Positions 1-12,905 of a stretch of DNA of 64,000 nucleotides are shown here, in pieces. Position 1 is the stretch's first letter, and each line of letters opens with the position of its first letter. The notes under the pieces are model-generated. The model was not told where the DNA came from, did no database searches, and saw only the letters and a list, made by a program, of their open reading frames with translations. The translations under genes and the position numbers were made by a program. Source of the stretch: Eledone cirrhosa (lineage: Eukaryota); assembly GCA_964016885.1 (NCBI GenBank), contig OZ024743.1, positions 189,968,001 to 190,032,000 of the forward strand, given 5' to 3'.

Positions 1-2467
1 TCAAATCAATTGTATTAGCCTTTCTCTGGATGTGAACTAATTTGCTTGTGTATAACAATAACATCATCCAAAAATATATGAGAAGTACTCTATAATGGTT
101 ACAGTTGTTCATTCTAGAGGGTGATCAGTTGTGAAGCTAATTTTGTGGGCCTGAAAAGGAGGCCTTGTCTAGGTGCTGTAGTTAGACTGCATAGTGGAGA
201 TGCAACTTATAGTATATTCTAAAGCTAAGTGTAAAATTTACTTGTGCTTATGTAGAATTTTTCTTCTAAATCTAATCAATATTTTTGAAGTATTAATTAT
301 GAGTTGTGTCAAAAAAATGAAAGTGTAAGAGAGATCACACATCTCCTTTGTCTCAAATTGAGTTAACTATGATATTATTAAACCTTATCTTTCATCTTCA
401 TTTATTATTTTAGGGTTGTTCTTCCCTATAAGTTTTCTTCTACATAAACCATAGATGAATGGTTGGCTTACTCCAGAATTTCTTCCATATAACATTTGTT
501 ACACATACATTTTAGTAAGATTGAATCTGTGGGATGTAAATTACTTTTTGACAAGTATAAGTTTTCTCCACATATTTTGCTGTGTTATTCTGACACCTTT
601 TGTACAGGCACTTAGAATAGTATGCTACAATTAATAATATTATTCATTTGCTCACTTCCTCCCAAACACAAATCATCAGACCTGCCAACCTATAAAAACT
701 CAAACGTGAAATAAAGTGGCCCCAAACAAGGAGAAATGAGGCAAAATGGGAAGATTTTATATAATGAAAGCTATAACCATTTTCACAAAAGAAGACATCT
801 CCCACCCATCCCAAAGTGGAGATCTGACAGGTCTGAATCATAATAACTGACTATTTCTTTTTAGAAGGATTTTAATATCAGTTTTCTTATGTATATACAC
901 ATATAATTGCTGTTATTTAGTGTTAATTCATTAAACTATAAGGTCCCAATAATTTATCAACAACAAAGATCTTGTGTGTGTGTATGCCCACATGTGTGAT
1001 GTGTGAGACTGAGTGAGTGTGTTTATATGTGTGTGTGTGAGGGGGGAGTTGACAGTAAGTATATATCTTGTTGGATGAAATAAATTGTCAAAACTGGAAA
1101 GTGTTCTATTTGTATCAAAATAAATTTTTAATGCTTTTACTGCTTACAATATAATACATTTTCAGCATTAACTTCCGGAGTGCTATTAAACAACAATGTG
1201 CTAACTTTGGTTAGATTATTATAAAGATAAAAATACCCAAATAATTTATTTATAATTCTTATTTTTTTAACCATTTTCAGCTTATTCAAACATCTAAACA
1301 GCATTTGATTCATCGAAATGTTGCTTAACACTAAAGAATATTTAAAACAGTATGCCTTTGCCTTCTGTGTGCGGTGGGAAATGAAATTTTGTTTTTATCT
1401 ATTACCTTTTTATTGATCTTCAGAAGCTTGTATTCAAATCTTCTTCTGTATCCCCCAAAGCAATTCATTCAAATACAATTTATGTATATAATTCACAACA
1501 GATTTACAATGTATTCTAAGTTTTAATCTTTCTGGCATTTTCTTTCTGTACATTCTGAATATTCAAGCTTCACCTTCACTGAAACTATTTCAGTTTCCAT
1601 ATATAAATTTCTCTTTCTTTGAATTTAGTAGTGGACAGTGTATGCCCCTAGCTCTTTATGAAATTCAAAGTCATATTGGTTATTAGCTCATAACATGAAA
1701 GTATGTTCCCAAATAATATTACTTTTTTCCTCTTATTTACAAAACAGGTCTTCCATGTGAAGAATGGTACAAAATGGGTACCCTTTCAGTAAAGAGAATG
1801 AAAATAGAATTAATTGGGAAACTGAGGATGATAGAAAATGCTAGCAAAATAGATAAAATAGAATTTGATAAAATTAGAAGTCATATGTATAGTGATGTAA
1901 AATTCGATGGCACCGAAAACTGCTGCTAACTCATCTAAATGTGGCTAGCATAGTAAAAAATGATTCTTTTTAATTTCATTCTTTTAGTTATTATATTTTG
2001 GGCCATGCTGCAGCATTGCCTGCATGGATTTTAGTCAATCACACCCCTTCTAGTAATTATTTCAGTTTGATATTTATTTTATAAATACCTAACTATTGAA
2101 TAGGTAAATTTGTTTAATATAAATGTTCATAATTCAGTGCAGAATGTTACACTATTTAACAGAACATATGTTCACTTAAACACACACATGCACACACTCA
2201 CACACACATTCACGGGCACGCACACACACACGAGCACACACACAAACACACGCACACTCTGTCTCTCTCTATATAACTTTGATAGGTTTTGGCCAGTATT
2301 GGCAAAGGTCATGTCTTAATAGCACCACCATATATATATATATATAAAGAAAAAATTTTAACAGTGATTTTAATTAAAGCATTTAATTGATTCATGACGG
2401 GTTTGTAGAGTAACAAGAATATTCCATTCCTGTTAGAAAAACTCCTTATGTGGTTGTAATCAAACAT

Positions 2468-2506
<39 letters not shown>

Positions 2507-2624
2507 CTTTGGCCCCACTTGATCATGAATGAGCAAGGTTTTGCATCTAGAAAGTTTCCCTCAGAGGCACAAGCTTGGGCAAGGTTTGTTTTGTGGAAGA
2601 CCAGCAGTCACCCAAGCATACCAG

Positions 2625-2842
2625 CCACGCTGTAATGTGGCCGTGTAGGTAACACAGTAAAAACCTCCCAGTCCACACTGTAAACGTGGTTGGTGTTAGG
2701 AAAGGCATCCAGCCGTAGAAAACCCACCAGACAGTCCTATACGAGCAAGTCAACCAATCTTGCCTCAAGTGGAAACATTCCCGTCCAAACCCATGCAAGC
2801 GTGGAAGATGGATGTTAAACGATGATGATGATGATGATGATA
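2625..2842 (+). mobile_element. 3' end of RTE LINE family with (GAT)n tail
   Basis: Near-identical to 48330-48548, the 3' UTR of the RTE element at 46190-48550; ends in gatgatgatg. Confidence 0.85.
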
Positions 2843-2978
2843 TCAATTAGAAATATAAGCTATCGCCGTATTTTGACTAAAGAAATTATTTAGCCTGATA
2901 GTGGGGTTAAGAACCCTCGGAGAAATGGAAAAAATGAATATTGACGTATGTGTACGTCAATACTCATCTTTCTCCATT

Positions 2979-3014
<36 letters not shown>

Positions 3015-3258
3015 AGAAATATAAGCTATCGCCGTATTTTGACTAAAGAAATTATTTAGCCTGATAGTGGTGTTAAGAACCCTCATTACAGCTGAGTAAA
3101 CTGGAGCAACTTAAAATAAAGTGTCTTGCTCAAGGACACAACGCATCACCCGGTCCAAGAATCGAACTCACAACCTCGCAATTGCAAGCCCAATGTTCTA
3201 ACCACTAAGCCATGTGCCTTCACACACACACACACATATATATTCATAACAAGCAGAG

Positions 3259-3364
<106 letters not shown>

Positions 3365-3402
3365 CTCTGCTTGTTATGAATATATATGTGTGTGTGTGTG
3401 TG

Positions 3403-3725
3403 AAGGCACATGGCTTAGTGGTTAGAACATTGGGCTTGCAATTGCGAGGTTGTGAGTTCGATTCTTGGACCGGGTGATGCGTTGTGTCCTTGAGCAAGAC
3501 ACTTTATTTTAAGTTGCTCCAGTTTACTCAGCTGTAATGAGTTGCGACGTCACTGGTGCTGAGCTCTATCGGCTATTGCCTTTCCTTTGGACAACATAGG
3601 TGGTGGGGAGAGGGGAGGCTGGTATGCATGGGTGACTGCTGGTCTTCCACAAAACAAACCTTGCCCAAGCTTGTGCCTCTGAGGGAAACTTTCTAGATGC
3701 AAAACCTTGCTCATTTATGATCAAG
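3403..3725 (+). mobile_element. tRNA-derived SINE, family B
   Basis: A-box-like tggcttagtggtta, B-box-like gagttcgattc, core gtgtccttgagcaagacact; related copies at 43475-43760 and 44895-45158. Confidence 0.75.
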
Positions 3726-3736
3726 TGGGGCCAAAG

Positions 3737-3781
<45 letters not shown>

Positions 3782-4175
3782 ATGTTTGATTACAACCACA
3801 TAAGGAGTTTTTCTAACAGGAATGGAATATTCTTGTTACTCTACAAACCAGTCATGAATCAATTAAATGCTTTAATTAAAATCACTGTTAAAATGTTTTC
3901 TTTATATATATATATATATGGTGGTGCTATTAAGACATGACCTTTGCCAATACTGGCCAAAACCTATCAAAGTTATATAGAGAGAGACAGAGTGTGCGTG
4001 TATTTGTGTGTGTGTGTGTGTGCCCGTGAAGTGTGTGTGATTGTGTGCATGTGTGTGTTTAAGTGAACAAATGTCTCTTAAATAGTGTAACATTCTGCAC
4101 TGAATTATGAACATTTATATTAAACAAATTTACAAATATTTCTAATTTCAAACTCGCTCGCTGTTTCGAAAACAT

Positions 4176-4261
<86 letters not shown>

Positions 4262-4264
<3 letters not shown>

Positions 4265-5200
4265 AGTTAATATAAATTAATATATGATAAACACCTAAGT
4301 GTTTGTATTGTAAAAGACGAAGTTAGCTAGAATGAAATAAACTAATTCAAATAAATATAGCTTGCCTGTATCGATTTAAAATAATAAATCAATATACACA
4401 AACTCATATTGGCAAATAGCCGTGGTACCTGGACAAATTTAAATTTCAAAATTCAAACCTTTTCCGCAGATCAATCTGAACTTCAAAATCCAAACAAGTT
4501 TCGCAAACGATGGTATAAAAAGTGAAATAATCATTTTCTGTGCTTAACAACAGGTACCCAGAAAAATTAGGTTACTTGACCTCGAAAAACTTTGAAGGTC
4601 TGGTTTACGAGCACAAAACGCACGAGGTTTTGCACTCGGTTTTTCCAGCTCTCTAGCTATCTCATATTCATGGCGCTAGAAATAACAGCCGTTTATATGG
4701 GATTAAAAATTAGCTCTACCGAAGGAGCAGTAACATTATATTATATTTAGAGTTTAAACTCAAACAGTCATTTACAATTAATTAGCTCAAAGAAAGAAGC
4801 ATTTCTGAGCCGTGAAATACAAGTTAATATAAATTAATATATGATAAACAGCTAAGTGTTTGTAGTGTAAAAGACGTGTTGGGACATATCGATTTAAAAT
4901 AATAAATCAATATACACAAACTCATATTGGCAAATAGCCGTGGTACCTGGACAAATTTAAATTTCAAAATTCAAACCTTTTCCGCAGATCAATCTGAACT
5001 TCAAAATCCAAACAAGTTTCGGCAAGCTATATTTATTTGAATTAGTTTATTTCATTCTAGCTAACTTCGTCTTTTACAATACAAACACTTAGGTGTTTAT
5101 CATATATTAATTTATATTAACTTGTATTTCATGGCTCAGAAATGCTTCTTTCTTTGAGCTAATTAATTGTAAATGACTGTTTGAGTTTAAACTCTAAATA

Positions 5201-5207
<7 letters not shown>
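4262..5207. repeat. Mosaic of direct and inverted local duplications between (TA)n tracts
   Basis: 4262-4502 repeated (with a deletion) at 4819-5020; 5021-5125 = reverse complement of 4262-4365; 5126-5207 = reverse complement of ~4738-4818. Confidence 0.85.
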
Positions 5208-5289
<82 letters not shown>

Positions 5290-5479
5290 CTCTGCTTGTT
5301 ATAAATACCAATGCCAGCGATCCCAAAGGGTTAAGTCCTATTTCAGCAGCCCATTCATGTAAAAGCATTGAATGCTTAAACCTGAGATCCATCAGTAACT
5401 GAACGTTAGACATATCTTTTATTAAAAAATCATATAAAACATATAATGAAATAAAACAATGAAATACTAGATTAGCAAC

Positions 5480-5512
<33 letters not shown>

Positions 5513-5514
5513 CT

Positions 5515-5666
<152 letters not shown>

Positions 5667-6219
5667 AAGCTACTCCCCTTAACCCTTTAGCATTTACATT
5701 ATTCTATATAAACTATTGTATTTTTGATCTAACATACTTATCTCACATAATACTGAATGTATGAGATTTTGGTGTTATTTATTTTGACAACAATACCTTA
5801 ACATCAGTATGCGTGGCCAGTTATGGCCGGTTTGAACAGAAAAAGGTAATAGAATTCTGGCAGGATACAGCTGGTTTAAATGCTAAAGGGTTAAATATAT
5901 ACTACATGCCACACATTCACTCACAAACTAATACAATATTCACATCCTCTCTTATCTCAATACCACCTTCCATACGTACACATCCATACTTCTCTCTCCA
6001 TGAATATATCACTTATAAAACTTCCTGTCAACTTCTCCAACTTATCTCTGTTTTTTCTCCCCAACCCTCAATGTAAGTCAATTACAGGCAATGAGTTAAA
6101 ATCGTTTTACACTCAGGAGTTACCTCCCCCAATGCCAATTATTAATTTTCTGTTCTCTCAGCCACATTCTGTAAGACGTTTTGTCAAATCTAGTTTAAAC
6201 ATTTTGTATCTAGCTAGTA

Positions 6220-6289
<70 letters not shown>

Positions 6290-6343
6290 CATACATATAT
6301 ATATAAATATATGTATGTATTGAGAGTTTGGCAGGTGAACAGT

Positions 6344-6393
6344 GAGCTGTACCGATGAAGGGTGATACTCAGAAACATTAGTATCTGCAGTTC
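6344..6393 (+). ncRNA. Type I hammerhead ribozyme, variant core CCGAUGA
   Basis: Stem I gagctgta/tgcagttc; ccgatga; stem II gggt-gat-actc; gaaa; weak stem III with AUC site; outer stem extension gaacag/ctgttt. Confidence 0.6.
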
Positions 6394-6507
6394 TGTTTGC
6401 ACGCCAACACAAGAGCAAGACTGAAGTGTTCATTCTATTGACATGGCTATAAAATTGAAGCTTTTTTGCATAATTGCAAACAGATCGAATGTCATTATTA
6501 ATATTAC

Positions 6508-6575
<68 letters not shown>

Positions 6576-6681
6576 ACAAAGATCGGAATTAAGAGTGTTC
6601 CGCAGTTCACTGTAATAATAATAATAATAATAATAGTATTAGCTCAAAGAAGAATAGAGAATTTCCTTCTGAGCTCAAATG

Positions 6682-6903
6682 CAAGTATATATTACACAAA
6701 GAGAAGTGTGTTACACAGTGAGATGTGTGTAAAGAATTATTACAAGTGATTTTACCGTTACTGTATAGGGAACAATATCTACAGGTTAGCAATTGCTAAC
6801 CTGTAGATATTGTTCCCTATACAGTAACGGTAAAATCACTTGTAATAATTCTTTACACACATCTCACTGTGTAGCACACTTCTCTTTGTGTAATATATAC
6901 TTG
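6682..6903. repeat. Spacerless palindrome with 111-bp arms
   Basis: Centre ...ggttagcaa|ttgctaacc... between 6792 and 6793; one mismatch seen. Confidence 0.95.
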
Positions 6904-7159
6904 TATATATATATGTATATATAAGTATATATATATATATGTAATCTGAATTCATATATATATATGTATAGTATATATATACATATATATATATATACTA
7001 CTTTTCGAAAAGCATTTAGAAATGCGCAACCGGTAAAAACTTAAAAACTTAAAACCACAACTGAATACTAACCCATACAATCACTAATACTCTTTTATTC
7101 CTAATTAAACCATTTTTCAACTGTGAACAATTTGTCAGCATTTTCTATTCCGTTTACCA

Positions 7160-7195
<36 letters not shown>

Positions 7196-7258
7196 GTGTG
7201 TATATATATGTATGTATATATATATATATGTATGTATATATATGTGTGTGTATATATG

Positions 7259-7321
<63 letters not shown>

Positions 7322-8383
7322 GACAACACGACAACTCACTGAACCAGGACATCTTAAATGAACTCAAAGAGATTTCCTCCAAACTTTCAATTTTGACCAA
7401 CAGAGTTGACCATATACATATCTATAAAAAGGACCCTATGAAGAAGCAGAAAATACCCAAGAGACGAATATTAGTCCAGCATTAACTAAACTAATCCAAA
7501 CCATTGAAACAGAAATCCTCCAAAAGCTGGAACAACCATTAGAACCCAATCTACGAGATGTCCACTCAGTGAACAACACCCTAATCAATATAGGGACTCA
7601 AAAGCTCACAGCCCGCAAATTCGCCTTTTGGAATCTCCTAAAAAATAATGGCAAGGCAGACATATATGAAAAGTGGCTAAACTCTAACTCAATCTTCCTC
7701 CCCAAAAACTCCAAATAAAACCCATCCCGAATGAACCAGAAAACCAACAAAAACTTAGGGAAAAGATGGCCTTAGAAAAGTTTAAATTAGAAATAGAACT
7801 GTTGCGGTTAAGAGCCAACTCCAACGAAGAAAAATTCAAGTCACTCGACCAACAGATGGAAACAAAAATCTCAAGGCACTCTGAAGGCCTACTCTATGAA
7901 AAAACCTTAAAACTTTGGAAAGAAAATTGTGAGGATGAAGAACTAACATCCTTCCAGGGAAAAAACGTCACCTGGTTCAACAACTACGAAATGGAACAAC
8001 ATACAGATAACCCATTTTTAAAACAAACTAAAACTCACACCACACTCACAACAAATAACAAAAAAGTAACAAAACTTCCAACATACCCCAGCAAAACTAT
8101 GACGATAATCCCAGAACCCATAGACAAAACTATAACCCTACTAAAAAAACGAATGTCCCCCAACACAAGACAGGACCCGATCCGCAGATCACAGCCCACA
8201 CAAAAGCTATTCCAAAACCGTAGACCCCAACCCACACAGAACCTGTTCCAAAATCGTAGGCCCCAACCCACACAAAGGAACAAAATCTACAACTCGGACC
8301 ATCAACAAACCGAACCTCAATACGTCCGAAACTTCTATACAAGACCACACAACAACAGGGGAAATGCCACTAGATATAATAAT

Positions 8384-8478
8384 TGTTTCTACTTTAGGCA
8401 CAAGGCCAGCAATTACCCAGTACATTACTGATACTTTATTTTATCGACCCCGTAAGGATGAAAGGCAAAGTTAACCTA
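8384..8478 (-). mobile_element. 5'-truncated SINE family A inserted in PLE 1
   Basis: Reverse complement of gcctttcatccttacggggtcgataaaataaag...gtagaaacaatt; flanked by duplicated agatataataat (8372-8383, 8481-8492). Confidence 0.85.
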
Positions 8479-8557
8479 GCAGATATAATAATACCCATGA
8501 AAAAACAATTCAGAAAAATCATTTTTTAGACAAAAGCTACAGAACCCACGACACCCG

Positions 8558-10800
8558 GTGGCACAAACCGATTTTGAAAAAGCGAAAATAATCAACCTTT
8601 CAAATACAAACCTCTCAGCCCAACAAATTAAGATTCTCTCCAAAGGACAGAAAGTAACACCAACACCACAATACTCTAACCTCAGTGAGATAAATGGCGA
8701 TATCTCACACTTCTGTAGAAAATTACGTCTCACAGAGGAACTTTTTGACAAGGAGAACAACGACCAATCAATTGTACGGAATAAAAGCAGCTACAACCCA
8801 ACAAAGGGTAGAAACAGAGTTCTGGACAAATTTTGTGACCACATAGCAGCTTTCCCAAACCATGAATTACCGCAATCTAAACCCAAACCCAACACAAGTC
8901 GAAGGGAATGGGAGATTATCCATGAACTTAAAAACAATACTGACTTTATAATTAAGGAAGTGGACAAGGGAAGTACTGTTGTCATTATGGATGCTGAACA
9001 ATATAAACATTCTATGTTCTCTCTCTTACAAGATACTAACTACTATGAAAGAGTAAAAAACTACCAGCACTCAAAAACGAGGACCAGATTAAACACATTA
9101 ATTGTCGATAGCAGGAAGTCTTAACTAAAAAGGAACGCGATTATTTAACACATTTTGAATACAAAACCAGCAACATTTACGGACTTCCGAAGATCCACAA
9201 GTGTAAAATAATTAAAGATGCCTATAAACAATCCACCTCAACCTGCATGAACACAATACCCCACAGACCTTAAATTAAGACCAATTGTAGCGGGCCCACA
9301 ATGTGAAACACACAGACTAAGCAACTTTATAGACATACTACTAAAACCAATTCTCAAACACATACCAAGCCTTGTAAGAGACGATCTGAACCTCTTAAAC
9401 CACCTCTCCAAACATGTCAACAACGACACTATTATTGTTTCTTTCGATGTAGTGAATCTCTACACAACGATCCCACATCAATACGGACTAGAAGCAATAG
9501 GATTCTGGCTAGACAAATCTCCCAATGAGATACTTGACAGAATAGAAAAAAATCACCGAGGGATTAAAATTTATTTTACAGAACAACTTTTTGGATTTCG
9601 ATGGCAGTACTTACAAGCAAATATCGGGGACTGCGATGGGTACAAAAGTCGGTTCCAACTTATGCCAACTTTGAAGTCCAGATATATGAACAGTCCAAAT
9701 CAAAATACGGATTTAACTTCCACAAATATTTATCAGAGAATTGGAAACGCTACTTGGATGATTGTCTCATTCTTTGGTCTCACACACTCGACCAACTAAA
9801 TGATTTAAAAAATTTAATTAACGGCATCAATAACCACATCCAATTCACAACGGAATACAGCCAAGATCAACTCCCATTTCTGGACATCTTAATCATAAAA
9901 AACGACACAAATATTGAAACTGACATACACTACAAACCAACAGATTCCAAACAATACTTGCTATTCACCTCCAACCATCCAAAGCACACGAAGACGAACA
10001 TCCCTTTTAACCTAGCAAGAAGAATTTGCACAATTGTCTCCAATTATGAAACGCGAAATAAAAGACTTCAAGAATTAAAGGAAATTCTACTCGAAAGACA
10101 GTACCCACCATTACTAATAAATAATAGAATAGAAAGGGCTAAAGCAATAGGCATTGATGAATAGGCATTGATGAATTACGAAAACAGAAACAAATTCAAG
10201 ATACGTCCAATATTCTATCATATATCTCAACACACAACCCAAGAAATGCGGAAGCTTACAACACTATTCACAAAAACATCCCACTATTGAAACAAGACCC
10301 AAGAATGAAAAAAGCCCTTTAAACACACAAAATAATCAAAAGCAAGAGACAACCGAAATCACTAAAAACATTACTCACCAATGCCAAATTACCTACCACA
10401 AACCCACAACCAACTGTCAAAAAATGTGGTCGCTCTAATTGTGGAACCTGCACTCACTCCATTGAAGGCAACACGTATACATTTCAATCAGAACAAAATT
10501 TTGCTGTAAAAAATCACTTCACTTGCTCATCAAAAAATCTAATTTATGCCATTAAATGTAAAGGATGCAATGAAGATTATATAGGACAAATTATACTCAC
10601 ACTCAGAAACAGAATGACAGTTCATCGCGAACAATTACGAGATCCGACCACTAAGTGCACATCTAGACATATGCGCAAGTAATAAGACACCCACATTCCA
10701 AGTCTTCCCATTTTATCTTTGCGCTGACAATACAACAGAACAATTACGAATAAATAAGGAAAATATTCTTATTCAAAAATATAGACCAGCATTAAATATA
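8558..10800 (+). pseudogene. Disrupted RT + GIY-YIG endonuclease ORF of PLE 1
   Basis: ORF pieces 8558..9124 and 9601..10164 plus motifs in other frames; multiple frameshifts and stops. Confidence 0.9.
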
Positions 10801-11296
10801 GTTTAATATACATATGTCAACACCATAACATGCTAATCATCCAAACAGACACATACATACACACGCACGTAACACCTTCTATTTTAGAAAATAAAAACCA
10901 GAACTAAATAAACCATAACATACGTTAATACTCTAACACCTTAACATGCTAACCCTCCCCCCACACACACATAACCTCTTCCCCTATTTCTACTAACGGA
11001 ATCATTTTCCAACACACACACACACAAATATATATATATTCTCTCCATCTTAACATGCTAACCATACTCCCACACACACACATACACACACACCAATAAC
11101 ACCCATACATACACACACACCTCCCTCCCCCATTTCTACTAATAGAATCATCTTCCTAAACACACACACACACACACCAGCACACACTTAAACATACATA
11201 TCTCTACTTGCTTTATTTAAATTAGGCTGCTCAACCGTTAATATGCATAAGGAAAGTATATACTTTCAAACGTTCAATCGATTGACAGGAAGGTAT

Positions 11297-11339
11297 ACGG
11301 TGCTGATGACAGCTAATAAGCTAGAAACTAGTTCATCGT
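11297..11339 (+). ncRNA. Minimal type I hammerhead ribozyme in the 3' region of PLE 1
   Basis: Stem I acggtg/catcgt; CTGATGA 11303-11309; stem II agct-aata-agct; GAAA 11324-11327; palindromic stem III aactagtt, GUU site. Confidence 0.82.
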
Positions 11340-11593
11340 TCCTTTGTCAGTGTTGAACAAAAGGGCAACGATGGTTGCCCATCACTGTACGGCTTAATTC
11401 GAGCTGTTTGTTTACAAACAAACCGAACTTTATAATAAATGTTCGGTAAACCCATACGTACATATATATATATGTGTGCATGTATGTATGTATATACATA
11501 CTACTGTACGTCTGTATACATGTGCGAATGTACGTATACATACTTATATTTAAGTATCAGCCGTACTAGGAGTGAGAAATGAAGTCTCATTTT

Positions 11594-11639
<46 letters not shown>

Positions 11640-11730
11640 CGAAGGAAATGTGGTAAGGAACCAGATGGACCATAACGCACCAAAGTACTCAATACTTAGG
11701 GTAGTAGAGTGGGTAATAGGAACGAGTAGG

Positions 11731-11825
11731 ACCCCGACGGCTGAGCTCAAGCCGTTTCGACGGCTAATTCTAGAGTAAATGAAAATTGTTATCCTGGTAC
11801 ATGAATAGCCGAGCTTCTCAGGGGT
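11731..11825 (-). ncRNA. Degenerate type I hammerhead in the 3' pseudo-LTR of PLE 2
   Basis: accc-ctgagaa; stem II cggcta/tagccg; GAAA; stem III cggc..gccg; GUC; ggggt. Core position 8 is non-canonical. Confidence 0.55.
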
Positions 11826-12905
11826 AATTCCATATATTATAAAAGTGATTGTCATAAGGATTGGTCAAAAGTTTGTTGTTGAGACACATAATTCTATCAT
11901 GGCATTTTGTGGAAGGAAGGGGTAGCTGAACTTGCCAGTAGAAGAAAGAGGGAGAGGGAGAGGAGGAAACCCAGTCGTGCGTTGATAGTGCCAACTACAG
12001 CAGGATCCTAAGGATAAGAGGTCGAGAAAGTATACTAGGGAGGGCGAGGGGGAGGAAGTCGAAACAATAAGTAAATATATAGAAGAATAATAAGAATGCT
12101 AAAAATATTTAAAAAAACAAACAATTTCTGGTTACTATTCCCTTACCACAGTCATCATGTCTCTCACTGGTACTGCCAAACTACAGAAAAGTTTAATAGG
12201 TGGGACGGAATACTAAATACGAGATTGTAGTGAAAGAATTTTATGAGTTAGTAGTAATCATCCAAATCTATCTTACAGTGACGGATCAACAAGTAGGGGG
12301 CCAAAATACTAAAGAAACTACTACAAAATAATAATTCAGAGTCCCGAAACTAATACGAAATAATAATTCAGAATCCCGAAAATGAATACTAATACAATAT
12401 ATAAGGGTGCCGCTACGATACAAAAATTCTAATACAAACTACATAAATGCTCGTACGATATATATGAAAAATTTGATACGAAAAATATTAATTCAGAACC
12501 CCCCCCCCCCAAAAAAAAAATACAGATACACGAGAAACTAAAGCAGAGATACCACTAAGAAATCTAGAAAGCACGGAAATGGGGCAGCCATCGGATAAGA
12601 AAGCAATTATCTGGGGTCTATCACATCTGCTATAAAAAGCGGAGTCGGCCAATTCTATCATATAATAGGGGATGTAGTGGGGGTACTGAGGCTACAAAGG
12701 AGCGAAGGGCTGCTTCGTGGTGGGCGAGAAAGTGAAAAGGACGACGACAAAGAAGGGGAACTGGGGTGGAAGGACTAGGAAGGGATGGGGGGAGAAAGAA
12801 ATATAGAGGAAACGATAAAAAGATATATAAGAAAATCTTACGTCTACCTTTGCAAGCAGGGGTTACCCATTACAAAGTCGGCAAGTGGGGTGTTACAGCC
12901 CTTGT

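Larger units (their letters stand above)
7321..11420 (+). mobile_element. Penelope-like retroelement 1 (near full length, decayed; Neptune-like Cys linker)
   Basis: Frameshifted RT motifs IINLS..LSKG, YGLPKIHK, LRPIV, FDVVNLYTTIP, GTAMGT, RYLDD, LPFLD, then CGRSNCGTC and GIY-YIG NLIYAIKC..C..YIGQ..R (10430-10630); HHR in 3' region; starts at a (TA)n tract. Confidence 0.92.

Noticed and set aside
3403-3475. tRNA-like sequence
   Set aside because: Head of a SINE; no complete cloverleaf
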